Under the pieces are notes generated by a model that saw only the letters and a program-made list of their open reading frames with translations, was not told the origin of the DNA and did no database searches. Made by a program: the position numbers and the translations under genes. Shown in pieces: positions 36,331 through 50,012 of a stretch of DNA of 64,000 bases (the stretch's first letter is position 1; every line of letters starts with the position of its first letter). Origin of the DNA: Camelus dromedarius (taxonomy: Eukaryota); the NCBI RefSeq assembly GCF_036321535.1, contig NC_087436.1, positions 69,938,001 through 70,002,000 on the forward strand, written 5' to 3'.

Positions 36331-38274
36331 TATACAGCTCAATAGTATACCAATCACTGCAGAAATACAAATGTTTCCAGAAAATATTCCTGTTTTCATT
36401 TTTAAAGGACTTTTTTTAAATAGGCAAACCCAAACATTAAATAGTGAGATAGATTTTCTTTAAATTTTTTCTCTAATTAAAAAAAAAGATCAGCATACTT
36501 TTATTGTAATGAGCCAGATAGTAATTATTTCAGGATTTATGGCTATTTGTTGTTGTTTGTTTGTTTGTTTGTCTGTTTTACAATCCTTTAAAAATGTAAA
36601 AATCATTCTTCATTTGCTGGGTACAAAACCAAGCCAAGTTAGGCTTGCATGCTGTGGTTTCCCAAGCCCTGTTCTAGTAGTAAATTGCTTAAATTACAAT
36701 ACACATTTCATTCAACAACTTTCATAGACTCAATTAGACCTACTTTACTATTCATTCTCTTTACTTGGAGTACAAATTCCTTCCTGAGACACAGTAGAGT
36801 CCATCTTTCTACAACTGCAGGGAAACCATTTCAAAAATCATTGCAAGCTGACTTCACCTTTGCCAATATCTTTCCTTTTTTGATTATGCTCAGCTAATCA
36901 GAAAAAAGATTTCTCCAAATTTACAGCTCTTCTTTTGCTTCCTTTCCTTATTTAGAACACACACAAAAAAGAAAAATGATAGATCTCTGGTTATTTCCAC
37001 GCAACTTGCCAAGTGACTATCTATCTCTTTAATTAGATATCTGTTTTGTTTTCATTGGAAAGCAATATTAATGTTTACCTAATCTGTCTCTTACAGCAGG
37101 CGGAATTTAAGAACAACTTTTTCTCAGCAATTGTTTAGACAAAGGATCAGATTTGTTTTAATATTTTAAAACACAGAAGTTAAATTACAAACATTTCAAT
37201 GTATTTCATAACATTTCAGTTAAGTTTTTTATACTTTCCTGGAAAAACACTGACATTTAAAGAAAAAAAAAGTTTTCAAGCAAGTATTTTAGAAGACTAT
37301 ATCACATTTTAAAAAGCCTTTTCATTAAAGACATCAACTGATCTTCTTCTTGTGTTCAGAAAGTGAGACTCTATCTTTTACAAAAATTTACAGGATTCAG
37401 AAAAACTCCAGAGAGGTCACTGCCACCTCAGCTACTTCTCTTTGTATTACTTATATGCATTAAAATGATAAGGTATTGAATACAAATGCTGTTACTCCAC
37501 TTGAAAACTCAACCTGAGCAATTCTTTTATGGGGAGACCTAACCATGGATAGATGCCAAGAATCACCTCCCCCATTTTTACTGTGAATGCCCACAGATCC
37601 GACTATCCCCTACAGAATGACATGTTTCTCTCCCTGTCCTTTACGCCCAAGACCTTTTTAGCTGGTGTCTTTTTCTCTTATTCCAGTACAAAATCCCATC
37701 TTCAAATTATATCTAAAACTTCAGAAGCAAACAAAAGTAATTGTTATTTCTCTCAATGAGGAAGAGCCTTACTCGATGGAATGATTTAGCTTGGGTTTTG
37801 CTGAACCAACCAGAAGGAAATAATCAAAATGAAATCTTGAAATCAAGAAAAGAAGAAAGAAAAAAAAAAAGATCTCCAGGCTAAAAGGGTTGGTTTTAGA
37901 AAACTAAAGCCAAAGGTACATAGCTGATACAAAAGGTATAGTCACGACAAAGATTGACAAGCCAACTTAAGTGGGAGAAATGGAAAATACCAAATGAAGC
38001 GTTTTACTGGAAGGTACAAACTATTTATCTAACCTTCCCCTAATAAACAGACTTAGAGAAAGCAGTATTAAGAAGATTTCAATGTCACCATTATCCATTG
38101 TTAGTCCACTGGCCTTGTTCTGTTAAGCAAAATGAATGCCCCCTCAGATTTCCAGAGCACTCTGTTTAAGTCTAATAATTGTTCTAAATTATTGTTAATT
38201 ATGAATTATATGAAAATATTTTGAAAATGAAAAGGATTTAGGCACATTTAAGACATGAGGAGTATAAACGTGTT

Positions 38275-38440
38275 TATTCAATATCTTTTAGTAACTTATG
38301 GTGAAAAAGAATATGAAAACGAATATATGTATGTTCATGTATGACTGAAGAATTATGCTGCACACCAGAAATTGACACAACGTTGTAAACTGACTATACT
38401 TCAATAAAAATATGTATTAAAAAACAACAACAACAAAATT
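38275..38440 (+). mobile_element. Very short young L1 3' tail
   Basis: gaatatatgtatgttcatgtatgactgaa...accagaaattgacacaacgttgtaaactgactatacttcaataaaaa. Confidence 0.8.
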
Positions 38441-40621
38441 AGGAGTGATCATATAGATAAAACAGGTAGTAGTAGTAAATCAAAAACTAAAGAAGCACGT
38501 AACATTCTTTTCTTTTTTCTTGCATATATAGGTGTAAATTGGATTATATAGTTCCTGCCAAGACTAGCCAAAGCTGAGACATCGCTCTCTACTACTTTTC
38601 AGGCCAGCCTTTCATTATGCCATTACCAAATTCTTTTGCTCCTAACTCCAGATTATTTCTCTAAATCTGGAAGTGGATTCCATAGTCTCTCCCATCCTGC
38701 AAAGACCTTCTCAAAACTCTAAAGAAACTCAACTGTCAATTTTAGTAAAAATAGAAGATACATTTCAAACAACAAAAACAAATCCTAAAATAATATTGAC
38801 ACAATAAAAGCTGTCTTAATCCACTGCTTAAAATAACAGATGTTCTACATATTCTAATTATGATTCACAAAGGATTTAGAAGGTATAAATAGCCTGAAAA
38901 GGCCATGGGGCTTAGGGTCAGGAAAAAAAGAAGGTTGGTAAAAAGCCTTCTACTGTGTATTCTACTTTAATGGACTTTTCAGCATCTGGCCCTGATTGAA
39001 TCAGATAAGAAGCTCTTTTTTCCCCTGTGACTATGAAGCATTTTGGTGTGGAAGTGAGCGTGTAGTGAGAAGCAGAAAACCAGCTGTAGTTTTTCTATTT
39101 CAGAAGAGCGAAACTCAAGGGGCAGAATAATATGAGGTTACCATGTTACATAGCACATCAAAGCACTCAGTGCTAATTTAAAATAGGACATAATGGAGAC
39201 TTATAATCTATAGACTGGTAATTTACTGGAGTTATTTCCAAAATCTTATATAATTGACATATGCTGCTATTCATGAGCTCCTAAAATACCAAGTGGCTCC
39301 AACACTGCATGAACATTGAAAGACTAAACAATACTCATGATTTATTGAAAAATGAAACCTGAAAGACCCTGGATTAAATTATAACATGTTCATTTATTTT
39401 TATGCTTTTCCATTTTTAAAGAAAATTGAATCTGTTACCTCAGGTATTAATCAAGACTGGAAATAATTAGACATTTCTTGAAGTTCTATTAACTTTTTCA
39501 GGTCATTAGAAATCATCAACGCAAGGTGATTTGACAGTTGTTCTGATGAAGTCATGGACTCAGAAAACTTGTTTCACATCAATAAAAATTCTACTCCACA
39601 GTGAATTTTGACAATAACAAACATAAGTACATATCACTGCTTCCTATCAAAAGAGAGGGAAAGAAATTGATATTATAATTCATATGCATTAACTCAGTGT
39701 TATGTCAAAAACTACACCTACTTCCCACTGATGGCAATTTGATAGCTGAAGGTATACAGTTTCAGAGTGCCATATCAGACTCTAAATTATCTAAAATTTT
39801 CTCACAATTTTGTAAGATATATGCCTTCTCTGTTTTGCAGATAGAAGTGAGTCTTAACGAAATTAGCTAACTTGCAAAATGTTACATTGCTAGTAAGTAG
39901 AGAAGCTAGGAATCAAACCAAACAATGCAACTTCTGAACCTGCCCTGAGAGACCAAACGTGAAAAAGAACAAATTGACGGACTAGAAACAGAATTGCAGC
40001 TTCAAAATTGTATTCCAGTTTGAAGATTTCATACAGTAGAAATATCTAATTTTCAAAACTTTGATAAAAATCATTTTTAAATTTCTTTCTAAAAATAAAT
40101 ATTCATACAATGACTGGTCTACATCAATCAAGATATCAGTATAATGGGAGAGAGGAGAATGAAAGAAACTAGAGACACAAGTATTTGTAATACATGGTTC
40201 TTATTTGAGTCTTGGTTAGAAAAATTAAAAATACTTTTGGCAAAATTTGGGAATTTGAATGTGGACTGAGTTTTAGATTATATATGTGATTTATTAATGT
40301 TGCTATATGTTGTTGTGTTGTGTTATAAAAGAAGGCTTTTTAGAGATAAATACTGAAATATTTATAGATTAGCTATCATGGTTTCTGTAATTTACCTTAA
40401 AATATTTCAGCAAAGCAACTGATTAAGCATCTCTAGCAAAATGTTAACCACTAAGAAATCTAGGGAGTGGATGTATAGTTGTGCATTATACTACTCTTCT
40501 CACTTTTCTGTGTGTTTGAACATTTTTCAAAATTTAAAAAAATCAATTTTTTTTAATTACTCATGTTAAAAAAAACTCAATGTTTCTCTTTCAGCTCTGA
40601 AGTAATTTCCTTTCACCAGTA

Positions 40622-40836
40622 CAGCTGACCCTTGAACAACATGGGTTTGAACTGCTTGCGTCCACTGACAGGGGGATTGTTTTTAATAAATACTACACTA
40701 TAGTACTACGTGATCTGTGGTTGGTTGAATCTGTGGACGCAGAACTGAGGATACAGAGGGCCCACTGTAAAGTTATACGCGGATTTCCAACTGTGCAGGT
40801 TGGTGTCCCTAACCCGAGCTGTTCAAGGGTCAACTA
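40622..40836. mobile_element. Tigger2-type non-autonomous MITE (TcMar)
   Basis: Terminal inverted repeats cagctgacccttgaaca / tgttcaagggtcaacta, with TA target duplications at 40620-21 and 40837-38. Confidence 0.85.
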
Positions 40837-41258
40837 TATGTAGCATCGTGTTATTTTTTTAAATTCTCTACCCTTTGCTAAATTGTATTTCTTGATGGAG
40901 GAAAAATGGTGCTCTATCACATGAAATGTCAGAGGGCAATCCCTCTGCTTAATTTAAGAAGCCAACAGGAAAGGATGGAAGATTTGTTCCTCCTTGGAAG
41001 ACCTGGGCCATGGTTGTTAAAGTAGCTTTAAGTGTCATCAATCATTATCACGCTTCTTATCAATCAGATCAACTGTTCATTCAGAACCTCTTATTGTCAC
41101 CGTGTTTATCAGGAAGAAACTGATGCACAAAGGACTACTGTCAACCTCAGCAAATTACATGTATCCTTTCTTCGTCTTTGAAATCAAATTCCTTGTCAGA
41201 AGTAACCTTATCCTAAATCCAATACATTTCCTATTTCCATAAAACTCAACTGGAGAGA

Positions 41259-41265
41259 TATAAAA
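41259..41265 (+). promoter_or_regulatory. MUC7 TATA box (TATAAAA), with CCAAT at ~41219
   Basis: Directly upstream of MUC7 exon 1. Confidence 0.7.
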
Positions 41266-41289
41266 CTGGAAAACTCTCTTGTGCTTTCT

Positions 41290-41380
41290 CTTTCTTTGCT
41301 TCCATACCACCCTAAAAGGATCAGCTGAAGGCAATCAATTGGATCCAACATCCTAAGAAGAAAGAGGCACACCAGGCCAG
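41290..41380 (+). other. MUC7: MUC7 exon 1 (5' UTR; start approximate)
   Basis: caattggatccaacatcctaagaagaaagaggcacacc resembles the recalled human MUC7 5' UTR. Donor CAG|gtatat at 41381. Confidence 0.8.
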
Positions 41381-42793
41381 GTATATGGATATCTTAGATT
41401 GGGGGCTAATATATTCAAATGTCAGCTAAGCAGCTTTCAAGTTCTATACATAAATAATAGTAGCAGTTCTAATACAGTTATTTTCCTCTGTTCTTGTGAA
41501 CTGCTAAACTACGTGATAACAGATTCAACCCATTTGTTACTAGAAGAAAATATGATCAATGGGGAATATTTCTTAATCTTGAAAATAAAAAGAAGAAAAT
41601 CTGACAGGATTAGGAGCCTGATAAAATAGTAATAATTTCTTTCTCCAATTGGGTCAGATGGCTTTCTTCTTAGTAGACTAGCACTATAATAACCACCACT
41701 GAGCCTTTATCATGGACCAAACATTGTTCTCAGTATAATCTGTAATATATGTTATTCCAGCCACTCCTCAGGACTATCTTAAGATGTAAGATTGCAACTC
41801 ACTCAAAGTCACACAGTAAATGGCAGAGTTGGGATTTAAATCAAGAATGATTGACTCTAATACCCTCTGGTTTGATAAACCACCAGGCTATATTGTGAAG
41901 CGTATCTGATCTGATAGCACACCACACTGACATGTGTACCCTAATATACTTGCCCTAATAACTACTCCATCTACATAAATATTTAACCATTATTTTGTTT
42001 TCTAAAGTCAAGCTGAGATGTATATACTGTATACATGATCAAAATAAGAAGAAAAAAAGAATAAAATGCCCTTCCCTTACTCTCCCCTCCTACAATCTGT
42101 AGCCAAAAATACAATTGTCTTTTGGCAGTTTTTTTTTAATATTGATTAAATCTGCACTGCATGTTAAGCATGATGATATAAAATGAATAAAACATAATTC
42201 CTATCATTTAAGGATTTAGAAAAGGGGGACCAAATGGTAAAATCTTCAGTAGAATGAAATTTGGGAAAGAGTCCATTTGATTCTTTGTCCTAAGTAACAG
42301 CCTTCTAACATAGAGACAAGGAATACATTTCTTTGCTTAAAAAAACATCATGGAACATTTACAAAATCATGTTCAGTAAACATCAGGTAGTTTGTATGAT
42401 AGTTTACCAAGTAGGGAGGCTTCTAGAACCTGAATAGAAATAAGAAGAAAGTTATTTCCTTCTCTTATTGCTAAACTTCCTAAGATCCTGCCCTTCCTAG
42501 GCAATCTTTAATATCACTGGTGAATGCTCATGCTACAAACGAGTTACAAGAATAATTCTTGACCATCCTCCATTGCTTTCTCTCCGAAAGAATGTGTTTT
42601 AGCCTGAAGCAATTTTGCCGCACCATTATGAAGTGAAAATATATACATAATTTTCAGGAACCGTTAGTCTCTTTCAAACTATACTTTCTAACAAAAATAA
42701 ATCATTTACCAAAAAAAATGCATCACTCTCCCACAGTATCATCATTAAATAGTGAGCCATTTTTCTGCTTTTCCCAGGAGCCAACAGAAAAAA

Positions 42794-42847
42794 ATGAAAA
42801 CTCTGCCACTGCTGTTGTGCATCTGTGCACTGAGTGCTTGCTTCTCA
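42794..42847 (+). CDS. MUC7: MUC7 exon 2: signal peptide MKTLPLLLCICALSACFS (exon begins at 42778)
   Basis: Near-identical to the human MUC7 signal peptide. Acceptor ttttcccag|, phase-0 donor TCA|gtaagt. Confidence 0.96.
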
Positions 42848-43099
42848 GTAAGTATCCACCCAAATAACTTTTATTCTTTCTTGTAGATCAGTAACATTTG
42901 GTGTATATAGCTAAGTGAGACTTCAAACGTACAACATACAATTCCTGTTTCCAAGAAGCTTGGCATCTTTTGTTTTGGCTGAAACATAGGACAACAAATA
43001 CTTAAAATACAGGAAAATGATTTGGGTCATTTAACTGATATTTGTATAGCACCAACTTTATCATGGGTGTGATGCAATCAGGTGGAGATACACAAGACA

Positions 43100-43680
43100 A
43101 ATCATGTAGGGTCTCATTGGTATAGAATATGGATTCCATTATCAGTATACCAGAAGTCTTGGGATGATTCTCATGTCAACGGAGGAGTGACATGACTCTG
43201 GGTTCTAGGGAGAAAACAGATTGTGGGGGGACAAAAGTTGAGGTAAAGAGACCACTCAAGAAGCTATAGCAGTGGTCCAGATAAAAGATGGTGGTGACTT
43301 GCACTAAATGTCAGCAATTAAAGCAAAACATGAGGGTGGATTTAAGATCTATTCTGGTGATTAAGTCTACTATAACTTCTGCTGGGTTGAGTGTGTGGTA
43401 AAAGAAAGACATGAACAAAAGTGTTCTGTTTTAGATATCTTAAATTTGAAATGGCTATTGGACTTCTCCAAGGAGATGTCAAGAGGCAATTGATGTACAT
43501 TGTTTGGGGTTCAGAAAGAAGTCCAGGGGTGAAGTCTATATTTAGAATGTATCTGAAGCCATAGGACCTTACAAGATCACCTAGAAAGAAAACACAGGAA
43601 GTCTGAATATAAATAGAGAAAATGAAGGAACCACAAAAAAGTACAGGAAAGTGTGGTTTCCAAAACCACCAGAAAAATGA
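43100..43680. mobile_element. L2 LINE fragment
   Basis: ggagtgacatga...gtggtccagataaaagatggtggtgacttg...ttctgttttagatatcttaaatttgaaatg...ggagatgtcaagaggcaattg. Confidence 0.7.
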
Positions 43681-46600
43681 CAAAATGGATCCTACCTTTA
43701 AGGTATTTAGGGTCTACTGAGAAAGGAAGATTAAAATTAATGATTCAAAGTGATACATGGTGTAAAAAAAATAACCATATTTGTCTCGAAGGCTATAAAC
43801 TTCTATGTATTTGTTCACTTTTATTTTAACAAAACTGAAGGAAGAGTCGAGAAGTAGAATATAGATTTATTGAACAAAGCTAAATAGCCTCAGAATATTA
43901 TGATTGTAGAGAGTAGATAGGATAGGAGAACTGATAAGGTGGATGGAATTTATTATTGGATACTCTCATATTCCCCACTTATCACATAATATCCCCCACA
44001 TCACCAAAAAATATCATCTTAGGTGCTGGACCCTAATGCTTATTTCTATGATTGTAGCAGAAAGTGCACTCAAATGGGGCTCAGAGATATGGGCTTAATT
44101 CATCATCTGAACATCCAGATGAATGCTTAGCTACAGTCTACCTATAGGACCCCAATTATCCTATGTAAAAATAGTAATAACAGTATGTGCTTCACAAGGC
44201 TGTTGAAGAGTAAAAGAGAACACATGCATTTATTAATTGTAAAGCATAGTATAGATGTAAATATTATGACTGTAAGATTGTTATAATCTCTATTTACATA
44301 CTAGTTGATAAGGATTTATGGTCTGAATATGCATGGTGATATTAACATTTTAATAAGTTAAATTTTAACAAGTTAAATTTTAACAAGAAACCCCTGGTTA
44401 CCAAACACCTCTAGATTACAAGAAATGGCATTCCAAGCAACATAAATCATTGTGTAATGGTGGAATGGCTAAAGCTGTGTTGTTATTTGGGGGAAGCCCT
44501 TCCTGGTACTTCCTACAAATCCAGGCACCAAAGAATCAACTCTTCCACCTGTACAGGATAAATGGAAACTCTCTACACCGCCCAATTCTCAAAACCCTTC
44601 TAGTGAGAGAGAGAATTTCCAAAGAACTTGAATATGAGGAGGTAGCACAGCAATACCTTGACCTGGTCCTTAGAAAGCACGAAATGTACCAGAGGGAGGC
44701 ACCAACCCACAGTAAGAAAAGACCAGTCCTGGAGTCCTGGCAACAACCTACTCTGCTTTTGTGGAGTGATTTCAGGGAGCAGATAATCTGGCCTCTGTCT
44801 TTCAGATGCTCCCCCCAAAAGATTGAGGAGGTGTATTCCGGAGTCAGATGAGGAGCTCTGTTAAATATAACATTACTTAAATATGCTATTCTGTTCCTCT
44901 TTGGAGAAGGATTACTGGTTTCCAAATGGTCATAAAGATAGACTAGTAATCAAAAATTAAGACGTTCAGTGTGCTTTCTAATTTCAAAAAAGTGCCTATC
45001 TGACTTTGCATCCTTCTAGTTCTCTTCCTATTTCTCTGTTTCTTTCATGGCCCATTTTTCCCTCCTTCTCCAACTCCCCAAATTTGGCATTCCTCTAGTG
45101 ATTTTAGGAATCTTCTGCTTCCTCTGAACCCTCCTTTCTTGCTCCAGGTGTCCTGTGCCTCTCTGCCCTCCCTGTCCCTGACTGCACTTCCTCTCTGCTC
45201 CTTTCCCCACTCCAGCCCACTCTCCTCTCCCCCTTCCTTGACTCCAGTCCACTCTCCCATCCACCTGTCCCTGTGACCAGTCAGTTCTCCCCTGGCTGCT
45301 CACCTCTTCTCCCTCTCCTCTCCCCTCAAAGTGTGATTTGTGTATGGAGAGACATTCTTCTAAAAGTTACTTAATCTCTCTGGGACTCAGTTTTCTCATC
45401 TTTATAATGAGAAAAATAAGAGTACTCACCTTATGGTGTTATTAGGGAATTGATAAATTCATATTGTAAACCACTTAGAATAGGGCCAGACACAAAGTGC
45501 TATATAAGGATTTTTTTTGAAAAATAAATAATGGATATGAACAGGCAAATGAGAATATCTTTAAACTGCTTTTCTTGGTTTATCTATATTTACTATATGT
45601 ACTTCCGTACTTCAATCATCTGAGCTCAAACCTTTAGAGGTATTTTCAACTCCTCCCCTTCTCAAGCTCCCCTAAACCCAGTCCCAGTCAACAAGTTCAT
45701 CTTTAATAGATGGCTATTAAAGCCATCTATAACTGCTAATCATAATAATCAGTCAATATATTTTAAGTAAACTAGTCAAACTGGTCATCTGCTGCAGGTT
45801 CTATGCTAAGCTAACATTAAAATCTAATAGGATTTAATTAACTTGCCTTCATGTGAAAATGTCATAGACATTATTTTTGTCAAATAAATTAAAATAGCTG
45901 GAACTTTTTAACATCCTATCAACACTTTTTAAACACTTTTTAATGTTACGATTTTACACAATGAGAAATTAGTTTCTTTATTATCAATTCCATGTGTTTG
46001 TTGATTCAATAAATATCTAATGGGTGCCAAGGCATTGTTCTAGGTAATGGCATACAAAAATTAACAAAACAAAATCCCTGTCCTCATGAAGCTGATTATC
46101 TGATTAAGGGAATGAATAACATAATTATTTCAAAGCATAGAAGTCATAGAATTAGACATTGGATCTGGAATTTAATTTAATCTGAATCACTCCATAAATT
46201 AGTAAACTAAGATGCAGCAAAATTACGTGATTTGCCCCAAAACACTCAATTATTTAATGGCAGACACTGGACAGACCCAAACCTCCACTGACAGTAGGAT
46301 GCTGTGTGTTTCAAACATGTTCCTCTAATATCTGGGAGTTCTTCACAGCATCCTCAGAGACCATGTGGAAAGGAGGAGACTGAGCTGGTGGAATATGGGG
46401 CCCTCAATCCTGCTTCAAGCAGAGCAGTATTGTAATTATCTGGATTGCATATTTAATCTCCAGGGAAAGAGCTGCTTGAACAATGTAATCTGCTTATTTT
46501 ATGTTAGAAAACCACTGCCCTCTAATGAAGAGGATCTTCTGAGAGATTCCATTGAGTGGAGGTGCATCCTGGGATCAGTTATAGATTCCGGAATTCTGTG

Positions 46601-48216
46601 GCCTTTTGAGAAATATCTATGCAAAAACATCAAAGTTATGTGGATCAGAAGCCATTATTTTAACTTATAGATGTTCTCAGAATTGAAATTCCTTGGATAA
46701 TTTTTTAAAACAATTAATACTTTTCAAGGTTATTTTTGAGGCTGGGTATATTAGTCTCTGAGGAATTATCTTAGCTGAACAACTCTGCTAGTTTCTCACA
46801 AGCAGTCAGTCACTTTACCTGCACTAAACTCTATCTCTGAAGACAGTTGTACAATATGGGACTAGAGTGATTTATCTATTTGGTGGTCTAAAAAGGATTT
46901 GTGTGGAAATTGTCAGGAGGAAAATATGTAACATAATTTGGTTGGAACTCTTGGCTGTGACCCCTTTATCCTTAAGATAATATTTATTTTCTCCAATTTA
47001 AATTAATACCATTGATAGTTTAAAATTCTAGTATGAGATGGAATAGGAAGGAAAAGAGGAATATAGATAAATTGCAGAATGTTTAGAGATAAGAAATTGA
47101 AACAGTGATGGTATTCTAACTTAAATAATGTAAGTAATGGCTAAAGGAACTAAGAATGTTAACCTTGAAAAATATAAGATTCAGATGGCATGGTAGGTAT
47201 TTTCCAATTTTGAAGGGCTCCAGGATCTATGTACTGCCAAAGAATAGAATTAAGACCAAAAATGAAAATCTGAAGAAATAAATCTCTCTTCAGTTACGAA
47301 TGGAAATCCCAAGAAACAAACTTCTATTCAGTATCAAGAAGAACTCGACCAGGCTACCTTGGGAGATGTGGTAGTGAGTTCTCAATCAGAAGACATTGTC
47401 AAGCATAGGCTGGAAAGTCATTCATAAAGTATATTGGGAAAAGATTAAGTACCAGATGTACAGTTGGACTAGATCAGTGTTCTTTGCAGATGTGAACACC
47501 TTTAAAAATTCATAAAGGGGCCTCCATCCAGAGAAAACACATAAACATGCAAAATTTTCTACAATATCATAGGATTCATGAACCCCTTGAGTTTCTGTAA
47601 TCCTAATTTTTTAATAATAAAGTTAAAGGGTAATAGTCAGAGTCCTTTCTCCAACGTAAAAAAGCTAAAAACTAGGCTTTTTCTGATATGGAAGATAGGA
47701 AGCTGAGATGTGCTTTGGTTTGTTAAGTTGATTGTCTGGGTTTTTGTTGTTTGTTTTGTTTTATTTTTCTAAGGATGATGGATATGAGGGGTGTGATTCA
47801 GAAAGGACTCCTTAGATCTCAGTTGAATGCCTTTGACAAAGCTTTCACTAAAAGAGTGCAGCAAGCAGGTAGACTTTTTACTCAAGCCTCAGGCAGTAAC
47901 TTGACCATTTTCTACCAGAAGAAACAGTGAGAAACTGCAAGCACAAAAGGGCAGACCTAGCTGATCTTCCAGGCTTGAGCCCACAGGAGTACATTCATCC
48001 TAGCTAACCAGGAGAATAACTATTTGATAAAATGAAACTCTAATAGCAAGTCATTATTCAGATTTGGTGAAATTGGAAGGATAACCACTCAATCCACTAA
48101 AATCTTGTTTCCAATCCCAAAATTCCACAAATACTGCTCATTTCACACTCAGCAATAATCCCATAGTTAATAAATAAATGGATGTTTTCAGCTCCTGTAC
48201 TTTTTCTTTTCTACAG

Positions 48217-48936
48217 CTCAGTGAAGGTCAAAAACAGCAACGAGAAATACTTCACAAAAAGAATAATCTCCGTCTGTATATAGTAGACCATGGATTGCCA
48301 TTTTATCCCAAATTACCACCTTACTGGAATCCATTCATTCAAAAGCAGTCCCCTTTTAGTCAGTCCAGACGCCGAAAGATTCGAAAGCCAAGAGGGAGAA
48401 ACCCCACAAGGCCAAAACCTTCCTTGCCACCCAACTCTCCCATTAAAAACAACACTGTGGTCAACAATAATACCTCAGAGGCTACTACCCAAATCCCACC
48501 TGTGACTCCCCCACCTACCAAAATTAGTCCCCCTTCAAGTGTGACCTCTCCTGCTCAGAAGACTCCCACCACATCTGCAAGAGACGATAACAGCCCTACA
48601 GGCTCTTCTGCAGCTGTAGCAACACCACATTCCCCAGCTTCACCAGAAGACACAGCTGTCCCACCTACAGCTTCCCCAACTACACCAATCGCCCCAGTTC
48701 CAGAGGAGACCACAGCTGCCCCAAACACCACACCTACTCCTTCCCCAACCACAGTCACACCTGAAATTCCCAAAACCACAGCTGCACCCACAACCCAAAC
48801 TACTGCTCTAGATCCTAATAAAATTACTACTGCTGAAGATACAACTTCATCTGCTGTTAAAAAAACATTTTCTGAATTCTTCTTAACTCTTAGTAAGCTG
48901 TGGGAGCAAATTTTTAATATTGCAACAAAGAACTAG
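48217..48936 (+). CDS. MUC7: MUC7 exon 3 (239 aa; precursor 257 aa)
   Basis: Acceptor tttctacag|CTCAGTGAAGGT (LSEG). MUC7 landmarks KNNTVVN, ATTQIP and ETTAAP, and an amphipathic C-terminus. TAG at 48934-48936. Confidence 0.95.
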   Translation, partial: LSEGQKQQREILHKKNNLRLYIVDHGLPFYPKLPPYWNPFIQKQSPFSQSRRRKIRKPRGRNPTRPKPSLPPNSPIKNNTVVNNNTSEATTQIPPVTPPPTKISPPSSVTSPAQKTPTTSARDDNSPTGSSAAVATPHSPASPEDTAVPPTASPTTPIAPVPEETTAAPNTTPTPSPTTVTPEIPKTTAAPTTQTTALDPNKITTAEDTTSSAVKKTFSEFFLTLSKLWEQIFNIATKN

Positions 48937-49862
48937 TACATCATACATTGTGAAGTGTTCTGTCATTAGATATGATTTATGAGTACAGAGCTATCACTTT
49001 ACTTTTGCCACCAATCTCAAAGTGAAGTCATAATATTACTCGAATTTAAAGCACTATCACTAATCTTGGAATCTAACTATTCACCTCACATGACCTATTA
49101 ACAAGAAAAATCACCTCTATCCCACAGATCAGGTGCCTGACCATGATTTAAGATCACTTTATGGAACCTACAGAGATAGATCACTGAGGGAAGAGAAAGC
49201 CATTAGATAAAGAAAGAAAACTGGATCAGCAACCATTTATTTTCCCTAAATGTTGGAAACTCTAAGGTGACTACATTTTACCCCTAGTACACCTGAATTA
49301 CCTAATCCCACAAATATAAAGGGTTAAAATTAGGTTTCTTCAAATGAACAAAAACATCTATCAATAGACTGACCTTTCTGTATTACTGCATTACTGATTA
49401 GTAACAAAGATCTTTAAATCATCTCAAAACTTTAAATGAAATTGCATGCCACAAAATGTGAGCCAAGAAAGGGGAAAGTTGGTATCAAGTGAAGATTTGA
49501 AGTGACTGAAAATGAAATCTGGCAGCCAAGCACAAACCAAGACTCTGGACACTACTTTTTTGAGAGCATGTAACTGTTTAGAGCTCTTAATAGACATTTA
49601 TTGTATTATAATCTAAGTTAAGATCTGATGTGCTTGATTCTAGCTTTTGTAAACCACAGAAGACTTTTTGTATGTTCACATGGTGCTCATAATATTTTAC
49701 TATTAATTCAATTAATTCAACTTACTATTAATTTAATTCACAATGTGGAATATATCAAGAGTGAATATTTTCTAAAACTTTTATCTATACATTTCAATGT
49801 GTTTTAAAGCAAACCATCCCAAACTACTGCCCTGTTGTCTTGTTTACAAAGTTGTCTCTGAA

Positions 49863-50012
49863 AATAAACCCTGATTCTACTCATAGAAGAATAAAAACTA
49901 TCGACTTAATATAAAAAGATGGTGTTAATTTGGGATGTGGAGGTATTTTTATTTTCTGTCACTACTACTAAGAATTCTGATGATTGTACTTAGATCTTTT
50001 GCCAATAATAAA
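49863..50012 (+). terminator. Candidate MUC7 polyadenylation signals
   Basis: AATAAA at 49863, 49890 and 50007, about 1 kb after the stop. Confidence 0.5.
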
